NCBI GenBank assembly: GCA_965261395.1
Contig: OZ253462.1
Coordinates: forward strand, 2,560,001 to 2,624,000
Direction of reading: 5' to 3'
DNA length: 64,000 nucleotides
Origin: Candidatus Latescibacterota bacterium
GTDB taxonomy: Bacteria > Latescibacterota > UBA2968 > UBA8231
Part shown: piece after piece, positions 9,296 through 19,819 of the stretch
How positions within the stretch are numbered: position 1 is the first letter of the stretch
Layout: every line of letters starts with the position of its first letter
Notes under the pieces: generated by a model
What the model was told of the DNA's origin: nothing
The model's database searches: none
The model's input: the letters and a program-made list of their open reading frames with translations, nothing else
Program-made: the position numbers and the translations under genes

Positions 9296-10605
9296 AACTC
9301 GCCAACATCCGTTCAATTGAGACGGCTGAGTTTCGATTCCAGCCGGGATTCAACTTGATCGCCGGAGTGAACGGTGTCGGGAAGAGTACCGTTTTGGATG
9401 CCTTGCGCTTCTGTCTATCTCAGATTCTCACCTTGACGACCCAGTCTCGCGCCAAGGCGCTATCCTTTGACAAAAGAGACATACGTAGTGGCTTCCCTCT
9501 CCTAGATGCAGAACTATCGTTGACCATTGGTGGTGAAAATCTCCGTTTCACGCGACGCCAGTGGAGGGAGGAGTTCGCTGTGGATGACGACGAAAATCTC
9601 AAGAAGCTTCGACGGAAGATTCTGGAGTCAGAACGGCTGCGTGACCGGGCGCGCAATCTTCTTCGTGAACTTGAGGCGTCTCACGGGGTTCATGACTCTA
9701 ATTCCTTCGTGCCATCAGAGGCTCGCTTCCTGATCGCCGCCCGCATCGCTGAGGTAGCTCCCAACTGCGTCTTCTTCTCCCCCAATCGGTCCGTGATCTC
9801 TTCTGCTAGTACAGCCAAGTCGAGAGCAGCGGGAGGTAAGGCCGCGGCCTACGCTGAGGCCCTTGTTCCGCGACCGATGTACGTCGCTCAATTTGCCCAC
9901 TGGATGCGAGTGCAGGAGGCTCTTGCCAAGGAACAGAACACAGCAGAACGACACCTACAGGCGCTGCGATCGGCGGTCTACGAATTCCTGCCAACTTATG
10001 AGAACCTTCGTCCGGCTGATGAGGCTGATAAAAAATCATCGTACCTGATGATAAACCAGGGCAGGATTGAGCTTGACGTAGAACAGTTGTCGGACGGCGA
10101 GCGAGGCGTGTTAGCCTTGGTCCTCGACCTCGCTCGACGGCTATCCCAAGCAAATCCATCACTCGATAATCCACTGAGCGAAGGTCATGCGGTCGTCCTG
10201 ATCGACGAAATTGACCTGCATCTGCACCCGAAGTGGCAGCGGCAGATCGTCCACAACCTGACCACCACTTTCCCGAAATGCCAGTTCATCGCGACGACTC
10301 ACTCACCGCAGGTCGTGGCGTCCGTCGAGCCCGATCAGGTTCACCTTTTGGCTCCTGTTGGAATCATCCATCCGGACCGCAGCCTTGGGATGGATTCAAA
10401 CTGGATCCTACGCCACCTCATGGAGGCCGATGACCGACCCGAGGCTGCTATGGCAGCCATTCAATCTGTTGAAAGCTTGATTGAGGAAGGAACCTTCGAG
10501 GAAGCGCACGCCGCGATCTCAGAGGCTAGGAAGAACGGGCTTGATCTACCAGAGTGGTCCGTTCTTGAAACGCGCATAGCTCGACTGGAGATTTTGGCCG
10601 AATGA
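9277..10605 (+). CDS. ABC/AAA ATPase, PtuA (Septu/retron effector)-like
   Basis: Likely start MEITSLKLANIRS at 9277; GVNGVGKS Walker A, LSDGER signature, VLIDEIDLHLHPKWQR, TTHSPQV. Confidence 0.85.
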   Translation: MEITSLKLANIRSIETAEFRFQPGFNLIAGVNGVGKSTVLDALRFCLSQILTLTTQSRAKALSFDKRDIRSGFPLLDAELSLTIGGENLRFTRRQWREEFAVDDDENLKKLRRKILESERLRDRARNLLRELEASHGVHDSNSFVPSEARFLIAARIAEVAPNCVFFSPNRSVISSASTAKSRAAGGKAAAYAEALVPRPMYVAQFAHWMRVQEALAKEQNTAERHLQALRSAVYEFLPTYENLRPADEADKKSSYLMINQGRIELDVEQLSDGERGVLALVLDLARRLSQANPSLDNPLSEGHAVVLIDEIDLHLHPKWQRQIVHNLTTTFPKCQFIATTHSPQVVASVEPDQVHLLAPVGIIHPDRSLGMDSNWILRHLMEADDRPEAAMAAIQSVESLIEEGTFEEAHAAISEARKNGLDLPEWSVLETRIARLEILAE

Positions 10606-11312
10606 AGTACATCCAGAAGACCGGATGCCCGCACTCTTATTCCGAGTGGTGCGCTGCAGTTGCGGGAACGAATAAGTCTGATTGGCGTGAGGTGCCTTCG
10701 GCCCAGAAGGAGCTAATATTGGCGGCTATGATTGCAGATCAAGGCGGGTTGTGTGCCTATACGATGCGTCGAATCTACAATAATTCATCGCATGTGGAGC
10801 ATATCAAGCCACAGAGTCGCTGCCGGCAGGACCTGCGTGGGTCTGACTTGGACTACACCAATTTGGTCGCGTGTTTCCCACAACACGGTATGAAGGCACC
10901 GTATCGCTATGGCGCACAATTTAAGGGTAATTGGTGGGAGAACGATGGCACCGAATTCGTGTCTCCGCTTCAGCCTGCTTGCGAACAGGTCTTTCGATTC
11001 AAGCTTGATGGTGAGATTGAGGCAATCGACAATCGAACCGAAGCCAGAACCACGATTGACGTCCTCGGTCTCGATCACAGGAGTCTTACCGAGGATCGAA
11101 AGCGCGTCATTGAGGAGTTCATCTACGGGCGGACGAGGGATAACCCAATATCTTATACCGCCGCGCAGCGTGCACGAGACAAGATTTGCGATCGTAACGG
11201 GAATAGTCGCTTCCACGAGTTCTGCGTTGCAATACGAGCAGCTCTAGAAGAGCATATGGCAGCCCTCACGAAACTCCGTCAGCGCAGGAGATACGCGCGG
11301 AGGAACAGATAA
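10602..11312 (+). CDS. HNH endonuclease, PtuB/TIGR02646-like
   Basis: MKYIQK...[12 protein letters not shown]...HVEHIKPQS...LDYTNLVAC; ATGA-coupled to the ATPase. Confidence 0.8.
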   Translation: MKYIQKTGCPHSYSEWCAAVAGTNKSDWREVPSAQKELILAAMIADQGGLCAYTMRRIYNNSSHVEHIKPQSRCRQDLRGSDLDYTNLVACFPQHGMKAPYRYGAQFKGNWWENDGTEFVSPLQPACEQVFRFKLDGEIEAIDNRTEARTTIDVLGLDHRSLTEDRKRVIEEFIYGRTRDNPISYTAAQRARDKICDRNGNSRFHEFCVAIRAALEEHMAALTKLRQRRRYARRNR

Positions 11313-11313
11313 C

Positions 11314-14300
11314 TTGCCGAGTGACGACAGGCATTCCGAAGCCGCCTTCGAGACCGTCATCGAAGCGCACCTACTCCAGAACGGGTACGTCTCTGTTGCT
11401 GGAGACGGCTTCGACCGCGACCGCGCGATCTTCCCCGATACCATCCTCGCGTTCATCCGCGAAACCCAGCCCGTAGAATGGGCCAAGCTAGAAGCGCTCC
11501 ACGGCGACCAAACCGGCGAGCAGATTCTCACGGACCTGTGCAAGTGGATGGACGCCAACGGCTCGCTCGCAACCCTGCGCCACGGTTTCAAGTGCTATGG
11601 GCGGATGCTCCACGCGGCGTTCTTCAAGGCAGCCCACGAACTGAACCCAGAGCTCGAAGCCCGCTACGCAGCTAACCGACTCGGACTCACCCGCCAGCTC
11701 CGTTTCTCCCCTCAGTCGGAGAAATCGCTCGACGTAACCCTAAGCCTGAACGGCATCCCCATCGCCACGGTGGAGCTCAAAAACCCACTCACCGGGCAAA
11801 CGGTAGAGGATGCGATCCACCAGTACCGGCACGACCGCGACGCACGCGAGCCGATCTTTGAGTTCAAACGCCGCACGCTCGTCCATTTCGCCGTCGATAC
11901 TGAATGCGTGCGTATGACCACGCGCCTAGCCGGCGACGCGACCTACTTCCTGCCCTTCGACAAGGGATGTGAAGGCGGTGCCGGGAATCCGCACGCTCCG
12001 GCAGGCCGTAGCTACCGGACGGCCTACCTTTGGGAGGAAGTACTCGCCCGGGACAGCCTGCTCGATGTGCTCGCCCGGTTCATCCACTTACAGACCGAAG
12101 AGAAGCGCGACGATCGTGGCCGCAAGGTGAAGGCCGAAACGATGATCTTCCCGCGCTACCACCAGCTCGATGCCGTCCGGCTGCTGGTGCAGAAGGCTCG
12201 CTGCGAGGGCGTCGGCAACAACTACCTCATTGAGCATTCGGCGGGCAGCGGCAAAAGCAACACGATAGGCTGGCTCGCGCACCGCATTGCTTCCTTGCAC
12301 AACGAGGCAAACGAGCGCGTCTTCGATAGCGTGATCGTGGTGACCGATCGCGTCGTGCTGGACCAGCAACTGCAAGACACGATCTACCAGTTCGAGCACA
12401 AGCTCGGCGTCGTGCAGAAGATCGACGAGCGTTCCCGACAGCTTGCCGAGGCTCTGGAGAACGCCGTCCCAATTATCATCACCACGCTACAGAAGTTCCC
12501 CTTTGTGTCGCGGCAGTTACTCAAGATGGCCGAAGAGCAAGGCGTTGAGGGGACAGGCGTACTTCCTACCCGACGCTGCGCCGTCATCATAGACGAAGCG
12601 CACAGCTCGCAGGGAGGAGAGACGGCGACGGATCTCAAGGAGGTCCTCGGAGGTAAAGAACTGCTGGAAGAGGCTCGGAAACGTGCGGAGGAGGAAGGCC
12701 GTGAGGACCAGGAGGAACTGTTTCGCAGCATGGCCAAGCGCGGCCGGCAGGCGAACCTGAGTTTCTTCGCCTTCACAGCCACGCCCAAACACAAGACGCT
12801 TGCCGTGTTCGGCCGAGACGGAGAGCCGGGCCATCGCTACACAATGCGGCAGGCAATCGAGGAAGGATTCATTCTCGACGTGCTCAAGCACTACACCACG
12901 TACTCGACCTACTTCAAACTGCTTAAGGCGTGCCAGGATGATCCAAACGTCGAGCGGAAGAAAGCAGCGCTGGCGCTGGCGCGCTTTCTGCGCCTGCACC
13001 CCCACAACATCGCGCAGAAGACCGAAGTGATGGTCGAGCACTTCCACGCCGTCACGCGCCACAAGATCGGTGGTCGCGCCAAAGCGATGGTCGTCACCAG
13101 CTCCCGGCTGGAAGCGGTGCGATACAAGCAGAGCTTTGATCGTTACATCCAAAAGAAGCAATACGCAATCAAAACACTAGTAGCCTTCTCGGGAGAAGTT
13201 CGAGACGACCAGCTTCCGAACGAGTCTTACACCGAGGAGAAGATGAACCTAGGCATCCGGGAGAAGGAGCTTCCGGAGAAGTTCGCGACCCCAGAGTATC
13301 AGGTGCTGCTCGTCGCGGAGAAATACCAGACCGGGTTCGATCAGCCGCTCCTACACACGATGTACGTGGACAAGCGGCTCGCCGGCATCCAAGCAGTCCA
13401 GACGCTCTCCCGCCTGAACCGCACCCACCGGCTCAAGGAGGACACTTTCGTTCTCGACTTTGTAAACGACCCTGAAGAAATCCGCGAGGCATTTAAGGTC
13501 TATTACGAAGGGGCAGAGATGGGAGCGGAGGTCGATCCCGCCCGAATGTACGCGGTCAAAGGGGAACTCGACGCGGCCGGGATCTATCTCGATGAAGAAG
13601 TTGAGCGGTTCTGTGAAGTTTACTTCAAGCCAAAACAGCGTCAGAGCGTCCAAGATCACCAAGCGATGCACGCCGCGCTCGGTCCTGCGGTGTCGCGCTT
13701 TAGAGCCCTGCAGAAAGATGACGAGGACGAAGCAGAACTCTGGCGCGGAAAGGTCCAAGCCTTTCGCAATCTCTACGGCTTCCTGAGCCAAGTCATCCCG
13801 TACCAGGATTCGGACCTTGAACGCCTGTACGTATTCCTGCGTCATCTGGCGGCAAAGCTACCACGGCGGCAGAGCGGTCCCGCCTATCAGTTCGATGACG
13901 AGGTGCGGCTTGAGTACTACCGCCTACAGAAGATCAGTGAAGGCTCGATCTCCCTCGCGGGGGGTGACGCACACGTCCTGGATGGGCCGACCGAAGTTGG
14001 CAGCGGCGCTGTACATGAAGAGTCGGTGCCGCTTTCGCAGCTCATTGACGTTGTCAACGAACGCTTCGGTACCGACTTCAATCAGGCCGACCAGCTCTTT
14101 TTCGATCAGATCGTCGAGGCGGCCATGAGCGACGATGGACTGCGCCAAGCAGCCGCAGTGAACCCAGAGGACAAGTTCGAGTTGGTGTTCAGGAATCTTC
14201 TGGAACGACTCTTCGTTGAGCGCATGGACCAGAACGAGGAGATTTTCGTCCGCTACATGAACGACCAGCCGTTCCAACAGTTGGTGAGCGAGTGGCTGGC

Positions 14301-14871
14301 GTCTCAGGCGTACCAGCGACTCCGAGATGGGGATGAGGTCTCAGCCACCACTCAACTTGACGCGGCCCAGTCTCCTACTTTGCGCATCGTCGCCCCCAAG
14401 CCCGACGAGCGTTACGTCACCTGCGTGCCGCTCGTGCCGCTTGCTATCGCGGCCGGCGAGTTCGGCAATCCTCAGAACGTGGCAGCCGAGGAGGACTGGG
14501 AGTGGGTCGAGGTGGATTCTGCACACCGCTTGCGACCGGGGATGTTCGTCGCACAGATCGTGGGCCGCTCAATGGAACCCGCGGTCCCCGACGGAGCACA
14601 TGGTTTATTCCGCGCCCCCGTAGAGGGCACACGCCAAGGTAAGACGGTATTGGTTCAACTTCAAGACGCTATCGACCCCGAGACCGGGGCGAGGTACACC
14701 CTCAAGCGATACGAGAGTAAGAAGATCCAAGACGGTGACTCATGGCAGCACGCCAAGATCACACTGAAGCCGACCAATCCCGAGTTCGAGCCCATCGTCC
14801 TCACGTGCGCCGACGAGGGCGAGGTGGCAGTTGTGGCGGAACTGGTGGAGGTAATCGCTGCCAATGCCTGA
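11314..14871 (+). CDS. hsdR: Type I RM restriction subunit R with C-terminal S24 (LexA-like) peptidase domain
   Basis: TVELKN nuclease motif, [37 protein letters not shown]; C-terminal AAG...GRSMEP...TLKR. Confidence 0.93.
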   Translation: MPSDDRHSEAAFETVIEAHLLQNGYVSVAGDGFDRDRAIFPDTILAFIRETQPVEWAKLEALHGDQTGEQILTDLCKWMDANGSLATLRHGFKCYGRMLHAAFFKAAHELNPELEARYAANRLGLTRQLRFSPQSEKSLDVTLSLNGIPIATVELKNPLTGQTVEDAIHQYRHDRDAREPIFEFKRRTLVHFAVDTECVRMTTRLAGDATYFLPFDKGCEGGAGNPHAPAGRSYRTAYLWEEVLARDSLLDVLARFIHLQTEEKRDDRGRKVKAETMIFPRYHQLDAVRLLVQKARCEGVGNNYLIEHSAGSGKSNTIGWLAHRIASLHNEANERVFDSVIVVTDRVVLDQQLQDTIYQFEHKLGVVQKIDERSRQLAEALENAVPIIITTLQKFPFVSRQLLKMAEEQGVEGTGVLPTRRCAVIIDEAHSSQGGETATDLKEVLGGKELLEEARKRAEEEGREDQEELFRSMAKRGRQANLSFFAFTATPKHKTLAVFGRDGEPGHRYTMRQAIEEGFILDVLKHYTTYSTYFKLLKACQDDPNVERKKAALALARFLRLHPHNIAQKTEVMVEHFHAVTRHKIGGRAKAMVVTSSRLEAVRYKQSFDRYIQKKQYAIKTLVAFSGEVRDDQLPNESYTEEKMNLGIREKELPEKFATPEYQVLLVAEKYQTGFDQPLLHTMYVDKRLAGIQAVQTLSRLNRTHRLKEDTFVLDFVNDPEEIREAFKVYYEGAEMGAEVDPARMYAVKGELDAAGIYLDEEVERFCEVYFKPKQRQSVQDHQAMHAALGPAVSRFRALQKDDEDEAELWRGKVQAFRNLYGFLSQVIPYQDSDLERLYVFLRHLAAKLPRRQSGPAYQFDDEVRLEYYRLQKISEGSISLAGGDAHVLDGPTEVGSGAVHEESVPLSQLIDVVNERFGTDFNQADQLFFDQIVEAAMSDDGLRQAAAVNPEDKFELVFRNLLERLFVERMDQNEEIFVRYMNDQPFQQLVSEWLASQAYQRLRDGDEVSATTQLDAAQSPTLRIVAPKPDERYVTCVPLVPLAIAAGEFGNPQNVAAEEDWEWVEVDSAHRLRPGMFVAQIVGRSMEPAVPDGAHGLFRAPVEGTRQGKTVLVQLQDAIDPETGARYTLKRYESKKIQDGDSWQHAKITLKPTNPEFEPIVLTCADEGEVAVVAELVEVIAANA

Positions 14872-14962
14872 CGCGATGCTCCTTGTTGTCCTTCGTCTCA
14901 CCTTCTGCATACTTCAGTGCATCGCGCAACCCGTCTATAATCTCGCCGCCGATCTCACTCAT
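14872..14962 (-). pseudogene. N-terminal remnant of a HigA/YiaG-type HTH antitoxin
   Basis: GGAGGAG RBS then [31 protein letters not shown]; similarity ends at the hsdR stop; no HTH seen. Confidence 0.5.
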
Positions 14963-15013
14963 GCTCTCCTCCATCGAATGCTTTCAATCTGACCGCGCCA
15001 CCCGCCCAAGCAA

Positions 15014-15925
15014 TCAGCGCGCATACCCATCCGGATTGTCCCGCCGCCAATTGGGCTGATAGCCTTCCTTGGCGTCAAAGCCATACGACGGCCCGATCTG
15101 GTTTGCAGACCGCCAAGGCCAAGCCTGGCCGCCGATGATGCGGAACTGATCGCCCTTACCACAGAGCCAGTAGAACATGTGGGCGTAGTATCGCGCCGTG
15201 CCGTGCCCGCCGTAATACGCGCTCTGGAAATCAAAATCTTCCTCGACGATCCAATCGCGCTGGGGAGGTGCCGTGCGCCAGTAATTGTATTTGAGCATCC
15301 GGCGCAGACCCTTGGCAGTGGACTTGCCGCGGCGGTGCATGATGCTCTGATGGTGAATCCCAATGGTGCCGGCCGGGCCGTCGCAAAACACGCCCCCTTC
15401 TTCGTTGTCGCGGCGACCAGGTTGGATGTGCGAGCCAGGCACCAACTCGGTCGGCCCCAGCTCCACGGGCGTGTCTTGGGGAAAGTAGAAGACCTCCAAA
15501 AAGCGTAGTTCCGGGCCATAGATGTGGTCGGCGTCTTGGTGCCAGCCTTGGGGTTCCATTGGGCATTCGACCCGGTGGTGGCTGGCTACGATCGGCAGGC
15601 CGATGTTGGGACCTAAAAGCGAGCGCATGGCACCGGCGAACTGGGGATTGAGCAGGACGTGCTCGATGAACCAATCCTCCAAGAAGATGGAACTCGGCTC
15701 GTGGGTAAAGCGGATGCGGTCGAGGTCGGCCTCGGTCAGGCCGGTGGGGATGTAGCTCGGGTTGGCTGGAATATCGCCATCGAGCCAAGCACAAGTGCGT
15801 TGGTTGATCTCGTCGGACACGACGCCTTTGAGCAAGAGATGGCCCTCGCGGCAGAATTCGAGGACTTGGGAATCAGTGAGCGTCGGCTCGCAGTCAAAGG
15901 TGCGTCGGCATGGGTTGTAGTGCAT
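15014..15925 (-). CDS. PhyH-family dioxygenase
   Basis: QGWHQDAD, YFPQDTP..LGPTELVPGSH, IMHRR. Confidence 0.85.
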   Translation of the reverse strand: MHYNPCRRTFDCEPTLTDSQVLEFCREGHLLLKGVVSDEINQRTCAWLDGDIPANPSYIPTGLTEADLDRIRFTHEPSSIFLEDWFIEHVLLNPQFAGAMRSLLGPNIGLPIVASHHRVECPMEPQGWHQDADHIYGPELRFLEVFYFPQDTPVELGPTELVPGSHIQPGRRDNEEGGVFCDGPAGTIGIHHQSIMHRRGKSTAKGLRRMLKYNYWRTAPPQRDWIVEEDFDFQSAYYGGHGTARYYAHMFYWLCGKGDQFRIIGGQAWPWRSANQIGPSYGFDAKEGYQPNWRRDNPDGYAR

Positions 15926-16093
15926 GCTCTCCTCCTCGATAATGGTTGTCTTTTTTGCCGCCTGTCCCTACGGGGTCGTTGGCATATATGCGCTAGCGCC
16001 TACAAGCTATCCAAATCCCGTCCATCCTGTCCATAGGTCGCTCGCGCTATAAATAGTTATACTTTTGCTCGGCAAAATTAAACGGAGTACATC

Positions 16094-18271
16094 ATGGCGG
16101 AATCAGCAAAAAAAATATCCAACGGCGGATTGCACATCGATCAGCGGCTCTACGCCCTCGTCGCCGAGCAGATCGCGCCTGGGACAGGCGTGGATGTCGA
16201 TCACTTGTGGGCGGCGCTGGGAAAGATTGTCCAAGACTTAGGGCCAAAGAATCAACAGCTACTTCAGCGGCGCGACGCCTTGCAGGCCCAGATCGACGCC
16301 TATCACCAACAGCGGCGCGGCGAGCCGTTGGACCCCACAGGTTACCGGACCTTTCTCGAAGGGATTGGATACTTGCTGCCCACGGGCGGCGCGCATCAGA
16401 TTCGCACGGAAAACACCGACCCAGAAATCGCCTCCCTAGCCGGCCCCCAGCTCGTCGTCCCGGTTGACAATGCGCGCTACGCGCTCAACGCGGCGAATGC
16501 GCGCTGGGGCAGCTTGTACGACGCCCTGTACGGCACGGATGTGATTCCCGGCGCGGCGAGCGCAGAATACGACGCCGAACGCGGTGCCCAAGTCATCGCG
16601 CGCAGCGAGGCGTTGCTCGACGCGGCCGCGGGCCTCCAACAGGGTGCGTACCGGGAGGTAGTGGAATTTTTCCTGCGCGAGGACGCCAGTGGGCAAACCT
16701 TGCGCGCCCATCTCGCAAGCGGCGACGAAGTTGGCCTCAAAGACGCCGGACAGTTCGTCGGCTATAGATGCGAAGGCGAGCGGCTGAGTAGCATTTTGCT
16801 CCGCCACAATGGGTTGCACCTCGAAATCCAAATCGACCGCACGCATCCCATTGGGCGCACCCACCGCGCCGGCGTCAAAGACGTGCTTTTAGAAGCGGCC
16901 ATTACCACCATCGAGGATTGCGAGGATTCCGTGGCCGCGGTCGATGCCGAGGACAAGGTCCTCGTCTATGGCAACTGGAACGGCCTGATGCAGGGCACGC
17001 TGGAGGCGACCTTTGTCAAGGACGGGCAAACCCTGACGCGCCGCCTGCGGGCCGACCGCACATTTACCGCACCCAATGGCCACACCTTGACCCTGCCCGG
17101 GCGCAGCTTGTTGCTAGTGCGCCACGTCGGCATCCACATGTACACCGATGCGGTGACCACAGCCGACGGCGCGGAAATCCCCGAGGGCTTTCTCGACGCC
17201 ATGGTCATCAGCTTAGCGGCGATCCACGACCTCAAGGGCCGCGGCCGCTACCGCAACAGCAAGACCGGCAGTGTCTATGTGGTGAAGCCCAAACAGCACG
17301 GGCCGGACGAGGTAGCAGCGACCGTCGAGCTATTTGCACGGGTGGAGGAGGCGCTGGGGCTGAGTAAAAACACCCTGAAAATCGGCATCATGGACGAAGA
17401 GCGCCGCACCACAATCAATCTCAGCGAGTGCATCCGCTGCGCCGCCGAGCGCGTCGTCTTCATCAACACCGGCTTTCTCGACCGGACTGGCGACGAGATC
17501 CACACCAGCATGGAGCTGGGTCCCATGTTGCCCAAGATGGAAATCAAAAACCAACCCTGGCTCAGTGCTTATGAGGACTGGAATGTGGATGTTGGGATCG
17601 CCACCGGTTTGGTGGGACGAGCGCAGATTGGCAAGGGGATGTGGACCATGCCCGAGCGGATGCGTGAGATGGTAGAGACCAAGATAGGCCACCCCCAAGC
17701 TGGGGCGACGACCGCTTGGGTGCCATCGCCGACAGCAGCCACCCTGCACGCGCTGCACTACCACCAAGTTGATGTCTTCGAGCGCCTCGCCCAGCTAGCC
17801 GGACGGGAGCGGGCCTCGCTCGGCGCGATTCTCAGCCCTCCGGTGCTCAATCGCCAGCTCAGCCCCGAGGAAATTCAGCAGGAGTTGGACAATAACGCCC
17901 AAGGCATCCTCGGCTACGTGGTGCGCTGGGTCGGCCAAGGCATTGGCTGCTCCAAGGTGCCGGACATCAACCACATCGGCCTGATGGAAGACCGCGCGAC
18001 TTTGCGGATTTCCAGCCAGCACATAGCCAACTGGCTGCACCACGGGATTGTCAGCGAGGAGCAGATGCGGGCGACGTTTGCGCGCATGGCAGCCGTAGTC
18101 GATGCACAAAACAGCGGCGATCCAGCGTACTACCCCATGGCACCCGACCTCGACGCCAGCGTCGAATTCCAGGCGGCGCTGGAGCTAGTATTCAACGGCC
18201 GCATCGAACCGAACGGATATACGGAAAACGTGTTGCACAGGCGGCGTCGAGAGGTGAAGGCCGCCCGCTGA
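16094..18271 (+). CDS. glcB: Malate synthase G
   Basis: [71 protein letters not shown]. Confidence 0.97.
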   Translation: MAESAKKISNGGLHIDQRLYALVAEQIAPGTGVDVDHLWAALGKIVQDLGPKNQQLLQRRDALQAQIDAYHQQRRGEPLDPTGYRTFLEGIGYLLPTGGAHQIRTENTDPEIASLAGPQLVVPVDNARYALNAANARWGSLYDALYGTDVIPGAASAEYDAERGAQVIARSEALLDAAAGLQQGAYREVVEFFLREDASGQTLRAHLASGDEVGLKDAGQFVGYRCEGERLSSILLRHNGLHLEIQIDRTHPIGRTHRAGVKDVLLEAAITTIEDCEDSVAAVDAEDKVLVYGNWNGLMQGTLEATFVKDGQTLTRRLRADRTFTAPNGHTLTLPGRSLLLVRHVGIHMYTDAVTTADGAEIPEGFLDAMVISLAAIHDLKGRGRYRNSKTGSVYVVKPKQHGPDEVAATVELFARVEEALGLSKNTLKIGIMDEERRTTINLSECIRCAAERVVFINTGFLDRTGDEIHTSMELGPMLPKMEIKNQPWLSAYEDWNVDVGIATGLVGRAQIGKGMWTMPERMREMVETKIGHPQAGATTAWVPSPTAATLHALHYHQVDVFERLAQLAGRERASLGAILSPPVLNRQLSPEEIQQELDNNAQGILGYVVRWVGQGIGCSKVPDINHIGLMEDRATLRISSQHIANWLHHGIVSEEQMRATFARMAAVVDAQNSGDPAYYPMAPDLDASVEFQAALELVFNGRIEPNGYTENVLHRRRREVKAAR

Positions 18272-18310
18272 ATCGCCTAGCACCACCATTCAAATTCAAG
18301 GAGACGATAG

Positions 18311-19065
18311 ATGGAATCACGTACAAAAGTCGCCCTCGTCACGGGCGCTGGCAGCGGCATTGGCCGCCACAGTGCCTTGGCGTTGGCCGAGGCCGGCTAT
18401 GGGGTTGCCCTAGCCGGACGGCGTCAAGAGGCCCTAGAGGAAACGGCGGCGCTGGCGGGAACGGATGCCCGCATGTTGCCAGTACCTACCGACGTAGGCG
18501 ATCCCCAAGCTGTTGCCGCGCTGTTCGCCCAGACAGAAGAGCACTTTGGCCGGCTCGACGTGCTGTTCAACAACGCTGGAGCCGGAGCGCCGGCCGTGCT
18601 GTTGGAAGACCTCGAATACGAGCAGTGGCAGAAGGTCGTCGCCGTCAACCTGACGGGCACCTTCCTCTGCACCCAAGCGGCCTTCCGAATTATGAAGAAC
18701 CAAGACCCACGCGGGGGCCGGATCATCAACAACGGCTCGGTTTCAGCGGCGGCCCCCCGACCCAATTCCGCCCCTTATACCTCCACCAAACACGCCATTA
18801 CCGGACTCACCAAATCGACCTCGCTCGACGGGCGCAAATACGACATCGCCTGCGGCCAGATCGACATTGGCAACACGGCCACCGATATGACGCAGCGGAT
18901 GAACGACGGCGTGCCGCAGGCCGATGGCTCAAGCTCGTCGAGCCGCGCTTTGACGTCGAACACGTGGCCCGCGCCGTAGTGCAAATGGCCGAGCTGCCGC
19001 TGGACACCAACGTGCTGTTTATGACCATCATGGCGACGAAAATGCCGTTTGTCGGGCGGGGATAA
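18311..19065 (+). pseudogene. SDR oxidoreductase, frameshifted near 18930
   Basis: [17 protein letters not shown]; C-terminus [28 protein letters not shown]...FVGRG lies in another frame (real lesion or sequencing error). Confidence 0.8.
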
Positions 19066-19079
19066 GAGGAGGATCGCAG

Positions 19080-19814
19080 ATGACCAAAGAGGATGCCGTC
19101 GCCCATATCGACGAATACGGGTACGCCGTACTCAAAGGGGCGTTGACTGCGGATCAGGCCAACGCCCTGCGCGACCGCTCGGCTGAGCTAGTTGCCGCAG
19201 AAAGGGCGGCCAGCGGGGAGCACGTCTACCTCGACGGCCGCGCGCAGCGAGTGTGGAACCTAGTCAACAAGGGTCGCATTTACGAGGAGATGATCCAGCT
19301 CCCACAGGTACTCGCGCTCCAGGAGTACCTGCTGGGCGACAACTGCATCTTGAGCAGTTTCACCGTCAATCTCATCGGCCCGGGTGCGCCAGCCGGCCGC
19401 CTGCACATCGACTTTCCACTCGGCAGCTTTCCCCAGCCGCCGCCACCGATCCCCCTCTGCGCCAATACCATCTACGTGCTCGACGACTTCGCGCCTGAAA
19501 ACGGGGCCACGCAGATTGTGCCGGGCAGCTACAAGCGCGGGTACGCCCCCGACCCGGAAAAAGAGTACGACGACGTCATCCAGCTAGACGTCCACAAAGG
19601 CGATATCGTCGTCTTCCACGGTGCGACGTGGCACGGTAGCGGGGCCAATGGCACCCAGCAGGAGCGGATGATCCTGTTGGGGTTTTTCTGTCGCTCGTTT
19701 ATGAAGCCGCAACAGGACCAGTTCAAGCTAGCGCGCCCCGAGGTCGTCGCGCGGGCGACGCCGAGCCTAAAGCGATTGATGGGCTTCGAATCGCAGTCGG
19801 GGATGCGGACCTAG
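19080..19814 (+). CDS. PhyH-family dioxygenase
   Basis: LHIDF, LDDFAPENGATQIVPGS, WHGSGAN. Confidence 0.88.
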   Translation: MTKEDAVAHIDEYGYAVLKGALTADQANALRDRSAELVAAERAASGEHVYLDGRAQRVWNLVNKGRIYEEMIQLPQVLALQEYLLGDNCILSSFTVNLIGPGAPAGRLHIDFPLGSFPQPPPPIPLCANTIYVLDDFAPENGATQIVPGSYKRGYAPDPEKEYDDVIQLDVHKGDIVVFHGATWHGSGANGTQQERMILLGFFCRSFMKPQQDQFKLARPEVVARATPSLKRLMGFESQSGMRT

Positions 19815-19819
19815 GGTCA

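Noticed and set aside
9277-11312. Retron
   Set aside because: No reverse transcriptase (YADD-type) ORF and no intergenic room for msr-msd nearby
18920-18945. Programmed frameshift in the SDR gene
   Set aside because: No slippery heptamer or homopolymer; a single-base loss or sequencing error is simpler
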